The notes: a model not told the origin generated them from the sequence alone. 34,662 nucleotides of DNA from a virus (IMGVR_UViG_3300031974_000499:1-34662), one strand, 5' to 3'. Shown: positions 1 to 9,612, numbered from the stretch's first letter. Program-made: numbers and translations.

Positions 1-129
1 GATAAGCCTATGGAGATGGTTGTTACAGACAAAGAAGCTAAAGACCTCAAAGACGAAGAACTACAGAACGAGCTGTTAGCTATCCTTAACAAGAACCCTG
101 TAATTGATGCGGAAGTAGAAGAAGAGTGA
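1..129 (+). CDS. 3' end of probable terminase small subunit (partial)
   Basis: Frame 1 reads DKPMEMVVTDKEAKDLKDEELQNELLAILNKNPVIDAEVEEE*. Its TGA overlaps the GTG start of terL (GTGA). Function is inferred from position only. Confidence 0.6.
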   Translation, partial: DKPMEMVVTDKEAKDLKDEELQNELLAILNKNPVIDAEVEEE

Positions 130-1616
130 ACTTAGACCTTTCTCCAGAACAGCTAGCACAGATTCCAAAGGATCAGCAGAAGAGACTTCTAGAACTACTC
201 AAAGAACAGAAAGAAAGAGTGAAGTTCAACAAGAAGGATCACTTCAACCTATACGATTGGCAGAAGGGACTAGCTAACGCTACGAAAGAAGCTAATCAGG
301 TGTTGGCAATGTGTGCTAACCAGATTGGTAAGTCTACAAGCGGTGCGTACATTACAGCATGTCACTTGACAGGTATCTATCCTGATTGGTGGAAGGGTAA
401 GAGATTTGATAAGCCCATCTACTGTTGGGCGGCAGGTGTATCTAACGACACCACCAGAGACATCCTACAGACAGAATTGTTTGGTCTTGCTGAGAGTGAA
501 GACATGTGGGGTACAGGTATGGTTAACCTGTCTATGATTGGTGAGAAGACCAGACGTAGAGGTGCAACAGGTAACACATACGATAGTGTCATGGTTCAAC
601 ACCACGATAAGAATGGAAACCCTGACGGATGGTCTCGTATTGGTTTTAAGTCTTACGAGATGGGTGAAGAGAAGTTTTACGGCAGACCAGTAGATTGGAT
701 TTGGCTCGATGAGCAACCACCATCTAATATCTACACCCAGTGTATTACGCGGACGGTAGCTACAAATGGATTCGTAATGATGACGTTTACTCCAGAGGAC
801 GGTATGACTCCTGTTGTAAACCAATTTATGAATGACATTAAAGAGGGGCAGAAACTAATTCAGGCTACGTGGGACGATGCTCCTCATCTAGACGAAGATA
901 CCAAAGAACAGCTACTCGCTCAGTATCCTCCACACGAACGTAAGTTACGAAGTCAAGGTATTCCTGTATTTGGTTCTGGTCTTGTGTTCCCTGTATCAGA
1001 AGACAAGCTGATCGTTGATCCTTTTGAAATACCAGACCATTGGAAAAGAATTGCAGGTCTTGACTTTGGTTATGATCACCCCACAGCAGTAGCTTGGATT
1101 GCTATTGACGAGGAAAGCGATACGTATTATGTCTATGACGTATATGCAAACCGTCAGGAGACAGCTATAATCCATTCTGCGGCGATTAAGCAACGACCTC
1201 AATGGATACCAGTGGCGTGGCCTAAAGATGGCTTACAGAGCGATAAGGGAAGCGGAGTGAGTCTTGCTGAACAGTATCGAGAGCAAGGTGTCAACATGTT
1301 GCATGACTGGGCGCGTAACCCTAAAGCCGCAGGTGACACAGGGAAAGGTAACAACTTTATAGAACCTTCTATTATGGAAATGTTACAGCGCATGGAGACA
1401 GGAAGGTTTAAAGTGTTTGGACATCTTGAAGAATGGTTTAAAGAGTTCCGAGCATATCACAGAAAGGACGGTAAGATAGTACCAATAAAAGATGATATAC
1501 TATGTGCTACAAGATACGCAGTAATGTGCGCTCAGTTTGCAGTAGCAGGTAAATCACAGAACTGGACTGATTATGATAATCGGTCTCTCCCAATTAAGAA
1601 CTGGAGTAATGTATAA
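126..1616 (+). CDS. terL: Terminase large subunit
   Basis: Walker A-like CANQIGKS, Walker B WIWLDEQ, motif III MTFTPEDG, nuclease GLDFGYDHP and C-terminal DDILCATRYA. Lies directly upstream of the portal. Confidence 0.95.
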   Translation: MNLDLSPEQLAQIPKDQQKRLLELLKEQKERVKFNKKDHFNLYDWQKGLANATKEANQVLAMCANQIGKSTSGAYITACHLTGIYPDWWKGKRFDKPIYCWAAGVSNDTTRDILQTELFGLAESEDMWGTGMVNLSMIGEKTRRRGATGNTYDSVMVQHHDKNGNPDGWSRIGFKSYEMGEEKFYGRPVDWIWLDEQPPSNIYTQCITRTVATNGFVMMTFTPEDGMTPVVNQFMNDIKEGQKLIQATWDDAPHLDEDTKEQLLAQYPPHERKLRSQGIPVFGSGLVFPVSEDKLIVDPFEIPDHWKRIAGLDFGYDHPTAVAWIAIDEESDTYYVYDVYANRQETAIIHSAAIKQRPQWIPVAWPKDGLQSDKGSGVSLAEQYREQGVNMLHDWARNPKAAGDTGKGNNFIEPSIMEMLQRMETGRFKVFGHLEEWFKEFRAYHRKDGKIVPIKDDILCATRYAVMCAQFAVAGKSQNWTDYDNRSLPIKNWSNV

Positions 1617-3602
1617 ATGGAAAAAGGTATAACTGATGAAGTATTAGCTCAGTTGATTGGGCAGGAGCTTGACTCTGCTGACTCATGGGCAAACAACGAT
1701 TTGGCTGAGCAACAATCAGAAGCTTTAGACTATTACTATGGTAAGCCTTTTGGAGATGAAGAGGATGGCTTTTCTTCCGTAGTAACTAGAGATACACTAA
1801 AGACAGTGGAGGGTATCATGCCTTCGCTAATGAAGGTGTTTGCTTCTGGTGATACTTTTGTTGAGTTTGAACCTGTAGGAGCTGAGGATGAAGAAGCGGC
1901 TCAACAGGCTACCGATTACTTAAACTATGTATTTGATAAACGGTGTGATGGATTTAACGTATTATATACATGGTTTAAAGATGCACTACTAATGAAGAAT
2001 GGATTAGTAGAAGTAAATTGGGAAGAAGACGAACTATGTGATATTGAGAACTTTGAAGGTATCGAGGACAGTGAAGTCCAAGCTTTAGAAGATGATGAGA
2101 ACCTAGAGATTGTTGAAAAGGAAATTAATGAAGAAGACCCGAATCTCTATAATGTTACTGTACGCCGTGACTATAATCGTGGTAGGCCAGTCGTTGACAA
2201 CATCCCATCCTCTGAGTTTAGGATTAAGGCGAGAAGTAAGAGCATTAAGGATGCCGACTTCGTTGCAAGAGTTCAAGAGGTCAGCATCGGATCGCTTGTT
2301 GATGCAGGATATAATAAAGATGATATTAGCACAGGACACAGTTCAAACCTTGCTAAAACAGAAGTAGAAGACTCTCGTTTTGGAGACGTAGAAGAAACAA
2401 GAGAATACAGTAACGAAACCTTAGCTGAATATGTCAAGTCATGGATTAAAGTATTTGACGAAGAAGACGAGAAGATGAAGCTGTTTGAAGTACACAGCGT
2501 AGGTAATGTTGTACTTGAAAAGCAAGAAGTAGGTACTGTACCTGTAATCAATCTCTCTCCAATTATGATGCCTCACAAGTTTACAGGTGTTAGTGTTGCT
2601 GATCTTGTTAAAGATATCCAAGAGATTAGAAGTAAGATGTGGAGACACACTCTCGATAACTTAGCACTATCTAACGCAGGTAGATATGCGGCTGTAGAAA
2701 ACCAAGTAAACCTGCAAGACCTTATCGACAACCGTATTGGTGGTATTGTCCGTGAGAAAGTACAGGGCGCTGTTAGACAGCTTCCAGTACCACAGCTAGG
2801 TCAAGCTACCTTCCCCTTCTTAAACGAGCTAGATAAAGAAAGAGAAGACCGTGCAGGTGTTTCTAGAATGACTCAAGGCTTAGACCCATCAGCCTTAACA
2901 TCTAACACAGCGGCTACAGCAGTTAATCAGGTAATGACTGCGGCTCAAGAAAAGATACAACTAATTGCTCGTATCTTTGCTGAGACAGGTGTTAAAGAAT
3001 TATTCCTACAGCTTTACAGATTGATTAGAACAAACAACTCGGAAGTAGATATTGTTAAGCTACGTGGTAGGTTTGTCCCTGTTGCTCCGTACGATTGGAA
3101 AGATAGATTTGATATGGCAGTGACGGTTGGCTTAGGTAATCAAAACAAAGACCAACAACTAATGCACTTAAACAACATTGCAACAATGCTTCGAGGTGTA
3201 GGCGAGACTCAAGGCGGATACTTGATACAGCCACAGCACATTCATGCATTAGCTAGTGAGTTTATTAAGAATGCAGGTTACCGCAATCCTGCTAAGTTTA
3301 TTGGTGATCCTAGTCAAGTTAAACCGCCAGAGCCACAGCCAAGCCCAGATATGATTGCGGCACAGGGTGAATCACAGAAAGATATTGCTGACGCACAGTT
3401 AAAGCAAGTACAAGCGGCGGCACAGCAAGCAGAGGCTCAACTAAAACAAACAGAACTCCAGATCAAACTAGAGAACATGAAGTTCGAGCGTGAGAAGTTT
3501 GAATGGATGAAGAAGAAAGAAGCCGCAGAACTTGGACTTGAGGCTGTACAGAAACGACCAGTAGGGATTGGAGACAGCAAGTTAAAGATGAGTGGTGAAT
3601 AA
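1617..3602 (+). CDS. Portal protein (P22-like, with long C-terminal Gln/Ala-rich coiled coil)
   Basis: 661 aa, follows terL. Contains ALDYYYG, WFKDALLMKNG and TATAVNQ...IARIFAETG, plus a helical Q/A-rich C-terminus. Confidence 0.9.
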   Translation: MEKGITDEVLAQLIGQELDSADSWANNDLAEQQSEALDYYYGKPFGDEEDGFSSVVTRDTLKTVEGIMPSLMKVFASGDTFVEFEPVGAEDEEAAQQATDYLNYVFDKRCDGFNVLYTWFKDALLMKNGLVEVNWEEDELCDIENFEGIEDSEVQALEDDENLEIVEKEINEEDPNLYNVTVRRDYNRGRPVVDNIPSSEFRIKARSKSIKDADFVARVQEVSIGSLVDAGYNKDDISTGHSSNLAKTEVEDSRFGDVEETREYSNETLAEYVKSWIKVFDEEDEKMKLFEVHSVGNVVLEKQEVGTVPVINLSPIMMPHKFTGVSVADLVKDIQEIRSKMWRHTLDNLALSNAGRYAAVENQVNLQDLIDNRIGGIVREKVQGAVRQLPVPQLGQATFPFLNELDKEREDRAGVSRMTQGLDPSALTSNTAATAVNQVMTAAQEKIQLIARIFAETGVKELFLQLYRLIRTNNSEVDIVKLRGRFVPVAPYDWKDRFDMAVTVGLGNQNKDQQLMHLNNIATMLRGVGETQGGYLIQPQHIHALASEFIKNAGYRNPAKFIGDPSQVKPPEPQPSPDMIAAQGESQKDIADAQLKQVQAAAQQAEAQLKQTELQIKLENMKFEREKFEWMKKKEAAELGLEAVQKRPVGIGDSKLKMSGE

Positions 3603-3826
3603 TGAACCCAGAACAAAAAGCAAACATGGCTCGTGAGTTGCTTAGAGGAGGAATCTTGGAAGAGGTTTTCTCTGACATACAACAAAACATTGCAATAGCA
3701 TGGGCTAAGTCAACAGAAATTGATGAGCGTGATGACTTTTGGCATTTACAAAAAGCAGTAGGTATGGTTGAAGATGTCATAGTTGGTTACGTATCAAACT
3801 ACGAATATCAACAAAAAGTAAAATAA
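3602..3826 (+). CDS. Small hypothetical protein between portal and scaffold
   Basis: 74 aa helical ORF, coupled to the portal by a TAATG overlap. Confidence 0.75.
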   Translation: MNPEQKANMARELLRGGILEEVFSDIQQNIAIAWAKSTEIDERDDFWHLQKAVGMVEDVIVGYVSNYEYQQKVK

Positions 3827-3829
3827 AGC

Positions 3830-3858
3830 TTTACTTTTACTTTAAAGTATGGTATAAT
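3830..3858 (+). promoter_or_regulatory. Sigma70-type promoter with extended -10, upstream of the scaffold/capsid genes
   Basis: TTTACT (3830-3835), a 17-nt spacer ending TGG, then TATAAT (3853-3858), in an AT-rich intergenic gap. Confidence 0.75.
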
Positions 3859-3893
3859 ATACATATATAGAACTACATAGGAGACTACCCCAA

Positions 3894-4916
3894 GTGGATG
3901 TCAATGAAACTCTTACAATGAATGAAGCCGTAGCTAAACTTCTTAATCCCTCCGAAGAGGAGCAAGTGAAGGAAGAGGAGCTAGAGCAAGAAACCCTCGA
4001 AGAGGAAACTCAAGAGGTCACTGCTGAAGATGGAGACGAGGAAGTTGAAACTGAAGCAGAGGAAGATACCGAAGTCGAAACGGAAGAAGATGACGGTGAC
4101 GCTGAAGTGGGGGATTCTGACGAAGATGAAGAAGAGTCTGATACTCAAGAGGCGACTACAGAAGGTGAGCTGTACACTGTTAAAGTGGATGGTGAAGAGT
4201 ATGAAGTCAACCTCGAAGAGTTAAAGAAAGGATATCAACTCGAACAGAATTACACGAAGCGTGTCCAGAAGCTACAAGATGAGTCTAAAGAACTTGATAC
4301 TCTAAAGACTAATCTTAACGCTGAGAGACAGCAGTATCTGCAACTTATGGAACTAGCCGCTACTAATCAAATGGCGGAGGTTAATAAGGCTAAAGAACTG
4401 TTAGGAGCTATCGATAAAGAAGCTGACCCTGTTGCTTATGTTAAACAGCAGTTACGTGTTCAAGAGATTGAAGATAACTTACGACAAAGTGTTGCAGGTT
4501 TTCAACAAGCTAAAGCACAAGCTGATCAACAAAGGCAAGAGCAACGCGCTAAGATAGTTCACCAAGAGCAAGAGAAACTTTCAAGTTTAATACCTGAATG
4601 GGTTTCTCCTGACTTTCAAAAAGCTGTTGTTGACTATGCTAAGGCACAGGGTTATTCAGACGCTGACCTAAGCAATGTAATATCAGCTCGTGATGTGTCG
4701 GTAATTAATAAGGCAAGACTATACGATGAACTTGTTAGCAAGAAGGCAACCGTCAAAAAGAAAAGACAACCTGTTGTTAAGAAGAAAGTAAAGTCGAAAA
4801 CACCTGCATCGGCTCAAACACGAAAAGCTCGCGCCGTTAAGGAACAACGACAAAAGCTAAAAAGCTCTGGCAAAGTGACAGATGCGGCAAACGCCATTCT
4901 GTCTTTAACCTCTTAA
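3894..4916 (+). CDS. Capsid scaffolding protein
   Basis: Very acidic N-terminus, YTVKVDGEEYEVNLEELKKGYQ...YTK motif, coiled coil and basic C-terminus. Lies between portal and capsid. The start could also be the ATG at 3918. Confidence 0.88.
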   Translation: MDVNETLTMNEAVAKLLNPSEEEQVKEEELEQETLEEETQEVTAEDGDEEVETEAEEDTEVETEEDDGDAEVGDSDEDEEESDTQEATTEGELYTVKVDGEEYEVNLEELKKGYQLEQNYTKRVQKLQDESKELDTLKTNLNAERQQYLQLMELAATNQMAEVNKAKELLGAIDKEADPVAYVKQQLRVQEIEDNLRQSVAGFQQAKAQADQQRQEQRAKIVHQEQEKLSSLIPEWVSPDFQKAVVDYAKAQGYSDADLSNVISARDVSVINKARLYDELVSKKATVKKKRQPVVKKKVKSKTPASAQTRKARAVKEQRQKLKSSGKVTDAANAILSLTS

Positions 4917-4941
4917 CTTTATTTAATAAGGAAATTTAATC

Positions 4942-5907
4942 ATGGCAAATCCAGTATTTACTACATACGGAACTACAGGTATCCGTGAAGACCTTTCAGA
5001 TATTATTTACAATATCTCACCAACAGACACTCCTTTCATCTCTAACGTAGGTAAAGGAACAACTAAAGGTACTTACACCGAGTGGCAAGTTGATTCACTA
5101 ACAGCCGCCGCAGACACTCCAGTAGTTGAAGGTGCAGATGCTCCTGCCGCCGCTAGTGCCGCTACAACTCGCGTAGGTAACTACACTCAAATCGCTTCTA
5201 AAACTGTAAAAGTTTCAGGCTCTAACGAAGCTTCTGATTCAGCAGGTCGTGCGTCAGAAATGGCATATCAGCTTGCTAAGAAAGGTATGGAAATGAAGCG
5301 TGACATGGAGAAAACTTTAGTTGGTACTGACAAGGCTCAAGTTGCAGGTGATGCAACTACTGCTCGTCAACTAGCTTCTGTTACTTCTTGGCTTGGTACT
5401 AACTGCTCGCAAGGTGCGGCGGCAGGTACTGACCCTGACACAGCTCCTCCTTCAGGTGACGGTACTGATATCGCAGTAGCAGGTACAGAACGCGCTCTTA
5501 CTGATACTATTCTAAACGGTCTTATTGAAGACGTATGGGAATCAGGTGGTGATCCTTCTATCATTATGTGTGGCGCTTTCCAAAAAGCGGCTATCACTGG
5601 CTTTACTGGTAACACTTCTGTTGCTCGTAAGTTTACCGATGCTGAGTCTAAGAAGTACATCAACGCGGTAGATGTGTATGTTTCTGATTATGGCGAGTTA
5701 AATGTTGTACCTAACCGTCTAATGCAGAACGACATTGTATTGGTTCTTCAACCTGACATGTGGTCTGTAGACTACTATCGTGACTTCCAGACTAAAGACC
5801 TAGCTGTAACAGGTGACTTTGAGTCTAAGCAACTACTAGCAGAATACACTTTGTGTTCTAAGAACGAAGCCGCTTCTGGTGTAGTTCGTGATCTTTCTAC
5901 TTCATAG
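4942..5907 (+). CDS. Major capsid protein (HK97 fold, DUF5309/SU10-like)
   Basis: GIREDLSDIIYNISPTDTPF, EWQVDSL, VGNYTQI, MKRDME and VDVYVSDYG motifs. Has an AAGGA RBS and is followed by a terminator. Confidence 0.92.
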   Translation: MANPVFTTYGTTGIREDLSDIIYNISPTDTPFISNVGKGTTKGTYTEWQVDSLTAAADTPVVEGADAPAAASAATTRVGNYTQIASKTVKVSGSNEASDSAGRASEMAYQLAKKGMEMKRDMEKTLVGTDKAQVAGDATTARQLASVTSWLGTNCSQGAAAGTDPDTAPPSGDGTDIAVAGTERALTDTILNGLIEDVWESGGDPSIIMCGAFQKAAITGFTGNTSVARKFTDAESKKYINAVDVYVSDYGELNVVPNRLMQNDIVLVLQPDMWSVDYYRDFQTKDLAVTGDFESKQLLAEYTLCSKNEAASGVVRDLSTS

Positions 5908-5920
5908 TAGTTGATCTTTT

Positions 5921-5957
5921 GTCGGGCTATCCTTCGGGGTAGCTCGGCTTATTCTTT
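5921..5957 (+). terminator. Intrinsic terminator after the major capsid gene
   Basis: GTCGGGCTATCC-TTCG-GGGTAGCTCGGC forms a 12-bp stem with G-U pairs and a cUUCGg tetraloop, followed by TTATTCTTT. Confidence 0.85.
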
Positions 5958-5969
5958 ATAGGAGTATCT

Positions 5970-6281
5970 ATGTCTGACGTTAAAACCCATATCATTCAAA
6001 ACAATGATGACACAATCAGTATTGGTACTACACAAGATTATACCGATATCTTTGAACAAAACAAACTAGAAGCTGATAATAACCTCAACCGTAAAACTGG
6101 TGATAACACATGGGGACGTAAAGTAGCTTCTATTCCTCTTAATATTATTAATGCATGGTGCAAAGAATGGAACTGCACACTGCAACAACTTTTCCGAGAC
6201 CCTGACTTAAAAGCAAAGATGATGCTACGACTACGTAGTAGAGACTACTTAAAACTTAGAACAGATAATGGAAATATATAA
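5970..6281 (+). CDS. Hypothetical protein downstream of capsid
   Basis: 103 aa, GGAG RBS, RKVASIP...YLKLRT motif, TAATG-coupled to the next gene. Confidence 0.8.
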   Translation: MSDVKTHIIQNNDDTISIGTTQDYTDIFEQNKLEADNNLNRKTGDNTWGRKVASIPLNIINAWCKEWNCTLQQLFRDPDLKAKMMLRLRSRDYLKLRTDNGNI

Positions 6282-6892
6282 TGGCAGTAAGTAACTTTGG
6301 AGAACTAAGAGCGCTTGTAAAAGACTGGGGAAACCGTACTGATATTCCAGACGCTACCGTTAATTCTTTTATTAATCTAGCACAAGACAGAGCTAATCGT
6401 GTCTTGCGTATTCCTGTTCTTGAAAAGGTATCTGCTAGCCTTCCTATAGTAGATGGAGCTGTTGTTATTCCTTCTGATTACTTAGAAGCTAAAGCTCTTA
6501 CTGTTGATGTAAGTGGTACTATTATAGACTTACAACGTAAAGACCTCCCCTACGTTTTAAGCAAAGGTAAGCAAGCAGGTAATCCAAGATACTTTGCACG
6601 AGAAGCTAATAAGTTTATACTTGGCCCTAAAGGTAATCTAACTACAGCTAAGCTTGCATATTATTATGTAGCCCCTGATCTTGTAAACGACACAGATACT
6701 AATTGGTTTGTTGAGTATGGTACTGACCTTTTACTTTATGGTGCATTAGCAGAGCAAGCTTTATATACAAAGAATACAGAAGAAGCCGCACAGTTTGAAG
6801 CTAAGTTTAGAGGAGCGGCGGCAGAAATTGAAAACATGGCACAGCAAGCAGAGGCTTCAGGTTCAACATTAGGTATAGTACCTTCGAGGTAA
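6281..6892 (+). CDS. Head-tail adaptor / tail tubular protein A-like
   Basis: FINLAQDRANRVLR, IPSDYLE, GNPRYF and TNWF...DLLLYGAL motifs typical of podovirus adaptors, plus its position. Confidence 0.8.
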   Translation: MAVSNFGELRALVKDWGNRTDIPDATVNSFINLAQDRANRVLRIPVLEKVSASLPIVDGAVVIPSDYLEAKALTVDVSGTIIDLQRKDLPYVLSKGKQAGNPRYFAREANKFILGPKGNLTTAKLAYYYVAPDLVNDTDTNWFVEYGTDLLLYGALAEQALYTKNTEEAAQFEAKFRGAAAEIENMAQQAEASGSTLGIVPSR

Positions 6893-6895
6893 CCC

Positions 6896-7111
6896 ATGTC
6901 AGGTTTTTATAAAGATTATGATGATTCAGATCAAACATATTTAGATACTGCTGAGCAAGCCGCTAATGCCGCTATATCAGCGCAACAACAAGCTCAAGCA
7001 ATACTAGATACAATATATGACATTGTTCCTGTAGAAGACGTTACAGGATTAACAGATGCTTTAGCGTTAAAGCTAAGTAAAACAGAAACTATAAATGGTG
7101 GTAGCTATTAA
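6896..7111 (+). CDS. Short fibre-stalk/adaptor protein A
   Basis: MSGFYKDY N-terminus, Ala/Gln coiled coil, fibre-repeat-like VEDVTGLTDALALK, C-terminal INGGSY. Confidence 0.7.
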   Translation: MSGFYKDYDDSDQTYLDTAEQAANAAISAQQQAQAILDTIYDIVPVEDVTGLTDALALKLSKTETINGGSY

Positions 7112-7133
7112 AGGAAAATAAAAGGGTACGATA

Positions 7134-7466
7134 ATGACAGGATTCTACAAAGACTATCAAGACCCTGAAGGTCAGTTTAAAAGCTCAGCGGAACTTGCCG
7201 CACAGCAAGCACAACAAGCGGCACAGCAAGCACAGCAAGCGGCGCAGACAGCACAATCAGCTAGAGATGATATTAACGATCCTGATATAGATGACATAGA
7301 CGGATTGCAAGTAGCATTAGATGGTAAGGTAGACGATCCTCAAGTACTGACTGACGTACCTCTTAATGCTTTATTTACGGATACTACATATACTAATGTA
7401 TCTGAACTTACAAACGATGAAAACTATATAAGTATTGATGATGAACTTTCAGGCGGTACGTTTTAG
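7134..7466 (+). CDS. Short fibre-stalk/adaptor protein B (paralogue of A)
   Basis: MTGFYKDY N-terminus, AQQ coiled coil, IDDIDGLQVALDGK, VSELTNDENYI, C-terminal LSGGTF. Confidence 0.7.
   Translation: MTGFYKDYQDPEGQFKSSAELAAQQAQQAAQQAQQAAQTAQSARDDINDPDIDDIDGLQVALDGKVDDPQVLTDVPLNALFTDTTYTNVSELTNDENYISIDDELSGGTF
7200..7241 (+). repeat. 21-bp tandem repeat x2 (AQQAQQA heptad)
   Basis: gcacagcaagcacaacaagcg followed by gcacagcaagcacagcaagcg, one mismatch. Confidence 0.8.
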
Positions 7467-7487
7467 AATTTAACAGGGAAGCAAACA

Positions 7488-9557
7488 ATGGCTCAAAGAA
7501 TAAAGATCAAAAGAAGTAGTAGTGCAGAAAACCCTTCTAATTTAAAAGAAGGGGAACTAGCATATATCCACAGTAACAACACTGCGGGTAACCTTTACAT
7601 TGGTAGACCAGGGACAGGGGATGCTCAAACAGGTATTGCTAGTAATATTGACATTATTGGCGGGTTAATTGACCATGATAAGCTAAGTGGTATTTCCGCA
7701 GGTGCTGAAGTAAACCCAGATCAAGTATCTGCGGCTGAAAGAACAGCAGGTACAGAAACTGCTGAGCGTTCTTTCTCCCCTGCTGACGTTAAAAGTATGG
7801 TTGATACTCATGCTTTAACTGGCCTAAGCGCGGCTACTTCTTCTGCTCTTGGAGCGATTAAGCTTCACGATGATACAGCTCAAGGTACTGCTCCTGAAAA
7901 TGTCAGCTCTACTGCTAATAGATCATACGCTGTACAATTAAACGCTAGCAGTCAAGCATCTGTAAATGTACCGTGGACAGATACTGTCTATACTCTTCCT
8001 ACAGCAACTAGCAGTGCTATCGGTGGTATTAAAGTAAGTGCTACTGCGGCTAGTGTTACTCCTGAAACTATTAGTACTACAGCAAACCGTAGTTATGCTG
8101 TTCAAGTAGACAATAACGGCGTAGCTTCTGTAAACGTACCGTGGGCTACTTTAAATATAAGCTCTACTCCTACCAATGGTGCAGTTACTACAGCGATTAG
8201 CTCAGATTGGGCTTTTGATAATGTTAAAACTGCTGTACCTTCTGGTGCTTTATTTACTGATACTACATACACTGGTGGTACAGGTGTAACGGTAAGTGCA
8301 GGTGACGAAATTAGCATTGGTCAGGCAGTAGGTACAACTGATGACGTAACCTTTGACGATTTAACTTTAACAGGTAACATACAGTTAGATGACTCAGGTG
8401 AGATTAAGTTTACAAGTGAAGGCTTAGCTTATGATGAGTCTACAAATACTATTACTAGTACTAGAATAATATTTGATGAATGGGCTTATGATGATTATAC
8501 AGCTAATGAATTAGCTGATATTGCTAGAGCTATCCTGCGAATTGCAGGGCAGTTCGAAACAATGCCTGCTAAATATACGCATTTATTTGATTTTAATGAT
8601 AGTAATACTATTACCTCAGTTGATGTCCAACGCTTTCTAGATAGAGTAGAAGAGGCAGTTAGCGAGAGTAAGTTTACCGCAGTCGACAGTGCAATAAATA
8701 ATGCCACTGGTTATTATACTACTTTAATTGATGACCTTAAAGACGGAGACTATGACGTTGCTTCTACGAGTGATGGTAGTATTAGTCTAGGTTCTTCTTC
8801 TTCTCGTTTTAAAGATATTAACTTATCTGGTGACGCTACTATAGGCGGTGATCTTGATGTTGCAGGTACTGTTTCAATAGCTAATATTGTTACACAAACT
8901 AGCACAGCACCTGTTATTAAATTAAAAGATAGCACTAGCGGCGGTGACGATTTTAAAATAGCTGTTGATGGTGATGAGTTTGAACTTACTCAGCATACTG
9001 ATTTAGACGAGGCAGGTGACACCTCTATAAGTTTAATTAAAGCTAAGTCAAACGCCGCAGGTGACGGCGTTCTTATGGCTATCGGTGGAAACTATGATGG
9101 CAGTACAGCTTTAACTGTAACAGGAGCTGTAGGCTGTACAGGTAATTTAAGCGCTTTAGGTACAGTAATCTTAGGTGCGGCGGCAGTAATAGGTACTGGG
9201 TCTGCTGAAAGCCCAGAGTTCCCTGCTAAAGATACTACAGTAAGAGGAAGTCTAACAGTTGATGGTGACTTAACTGTAAGCGGTACAACCACTACAGTAA
9301 ACACTGAAACTATTAATCTTGCTGATAATATTATTGAGCTTAATAGTAATATAGGCGCTACCGATGCAACACAAAATGCAGGTATAGAAATAAACAGAGG
9401 TAACTATACAAACGTACAGTTATTCTGGGATGAGGATAATCACGATTGGAGAGTAGATACTGTAGGAGACGTAGCTACTGGTGCTACTACAAGTCCTCTT
9501 CTAACTGCTGAAAACTTTGAAACTAAGGTTACCGAACTAGACGGCGGTTCTTTCTAA
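7488..9557 (+). CDS. Tail fibre protein 1 (shaft-like, mosaic)
   Basis: MAQRIKIKRSS...LKEGELA N-terminal domain; T/S/G/D-rich; LTVDGDLTVSGTTTTVNTETINLADNIIELN...AGIEINRG fibre motif; C-terminal LDGGSF. Confidence 0.85.
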   Translation: MAQRIKIKRSSSAENPSNLKEGELAYIHSNNTAGNLYIGRPGTGDAQTGIASNIDIIGGLIDHDKLSGISAGAEVNPDQVSAAERTAGTETAERSFSPADVKSMVDTHALTGLSAATSSALGAIKLHDDTAQGTAPENVSSTANRSYAVQLNASSQASVNVPWTDTVYTLPTATSSAIGGIKVSATAASVTPETISTTANRSYAVQVDNNGVASVNVPWATLNISSTPTNGAVTTAISSDWAFDNVKTAVPSGALFTDTTYTGGTGVTVSAGDEISIGQAVGTTDDVTFDDLTLTGNIQLDDSGEIKFTSEGLAYDESTNTITSTRIIFDEWAYDDYTANELADIARAILRIAGQFETMPAKYTHLFDFNDSNTITSVDVQRFLDRVEEAVSESKFTAVDSAINNATGYYTTLIDDLKDGDYDVASTSDGSISLGSSSSRFKDINLSGDATIGGDLDVAGTVSIANIVTQTSTAPVIKLKDSTSGGDDFKIAVDGDEFELTQHTDLDEAGDTSISLIKAKSNAAGDGVLMAIGGNYDGSTALTVTGAVGCTGNLSALGTVILGAAAVIGTGSAESPEFPAKDTTVRGSLTVDGDLTVSGTTTTVNTETINLADNIIELNSNIGATDATQNAGIEINRGNYTNVQLFWDEDNHDWRVDTVGDVATGATTSPLLTAENFETKVTELDGGSF
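7833..8144 (+). repeat. Internal ~56-57 aa duplication in fibre 1
   Basis: ATSSALGAIKL...STANRSYAVQLNASSQASVNVPW and ATSSAIGGIKV...TTANRSYAVQVDNNGVASVNVPW. Confidence 0.85.
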
Positions 9558-9569
9558 TAAACTAAGACC

Positions 9570-9612
9570 ACTCCGCGTATATACGCAATGTAATAGGAGT
9601 CCATATATATGG
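9570..9612 (+). promoter_or_regulatory. Twin 12-bp palindromes and an anti-SD sequence around the RBS/start of fibre 2
   Basis: GCGTATATACGC (9575-9586) and CCATATATATGG (9601-9612, covering the ATG). ACTCC (9570-9574) is complementary to the SD GGAGT (9596-9600). Confidence 0.55.

Noticed and set aside
3880-3902. Hairpin over the scaffold start (GACTACC...GGATGTC)
   Set aside because: Only five pairs with internal mismatches, too weak to call.
5895-5960. T7 10B-like frameshift or readthrough extension of the capsid protein
   Set aside because: The gene ends in tandem TAG TAG followed by a terminator, and there is no clear slippery site.
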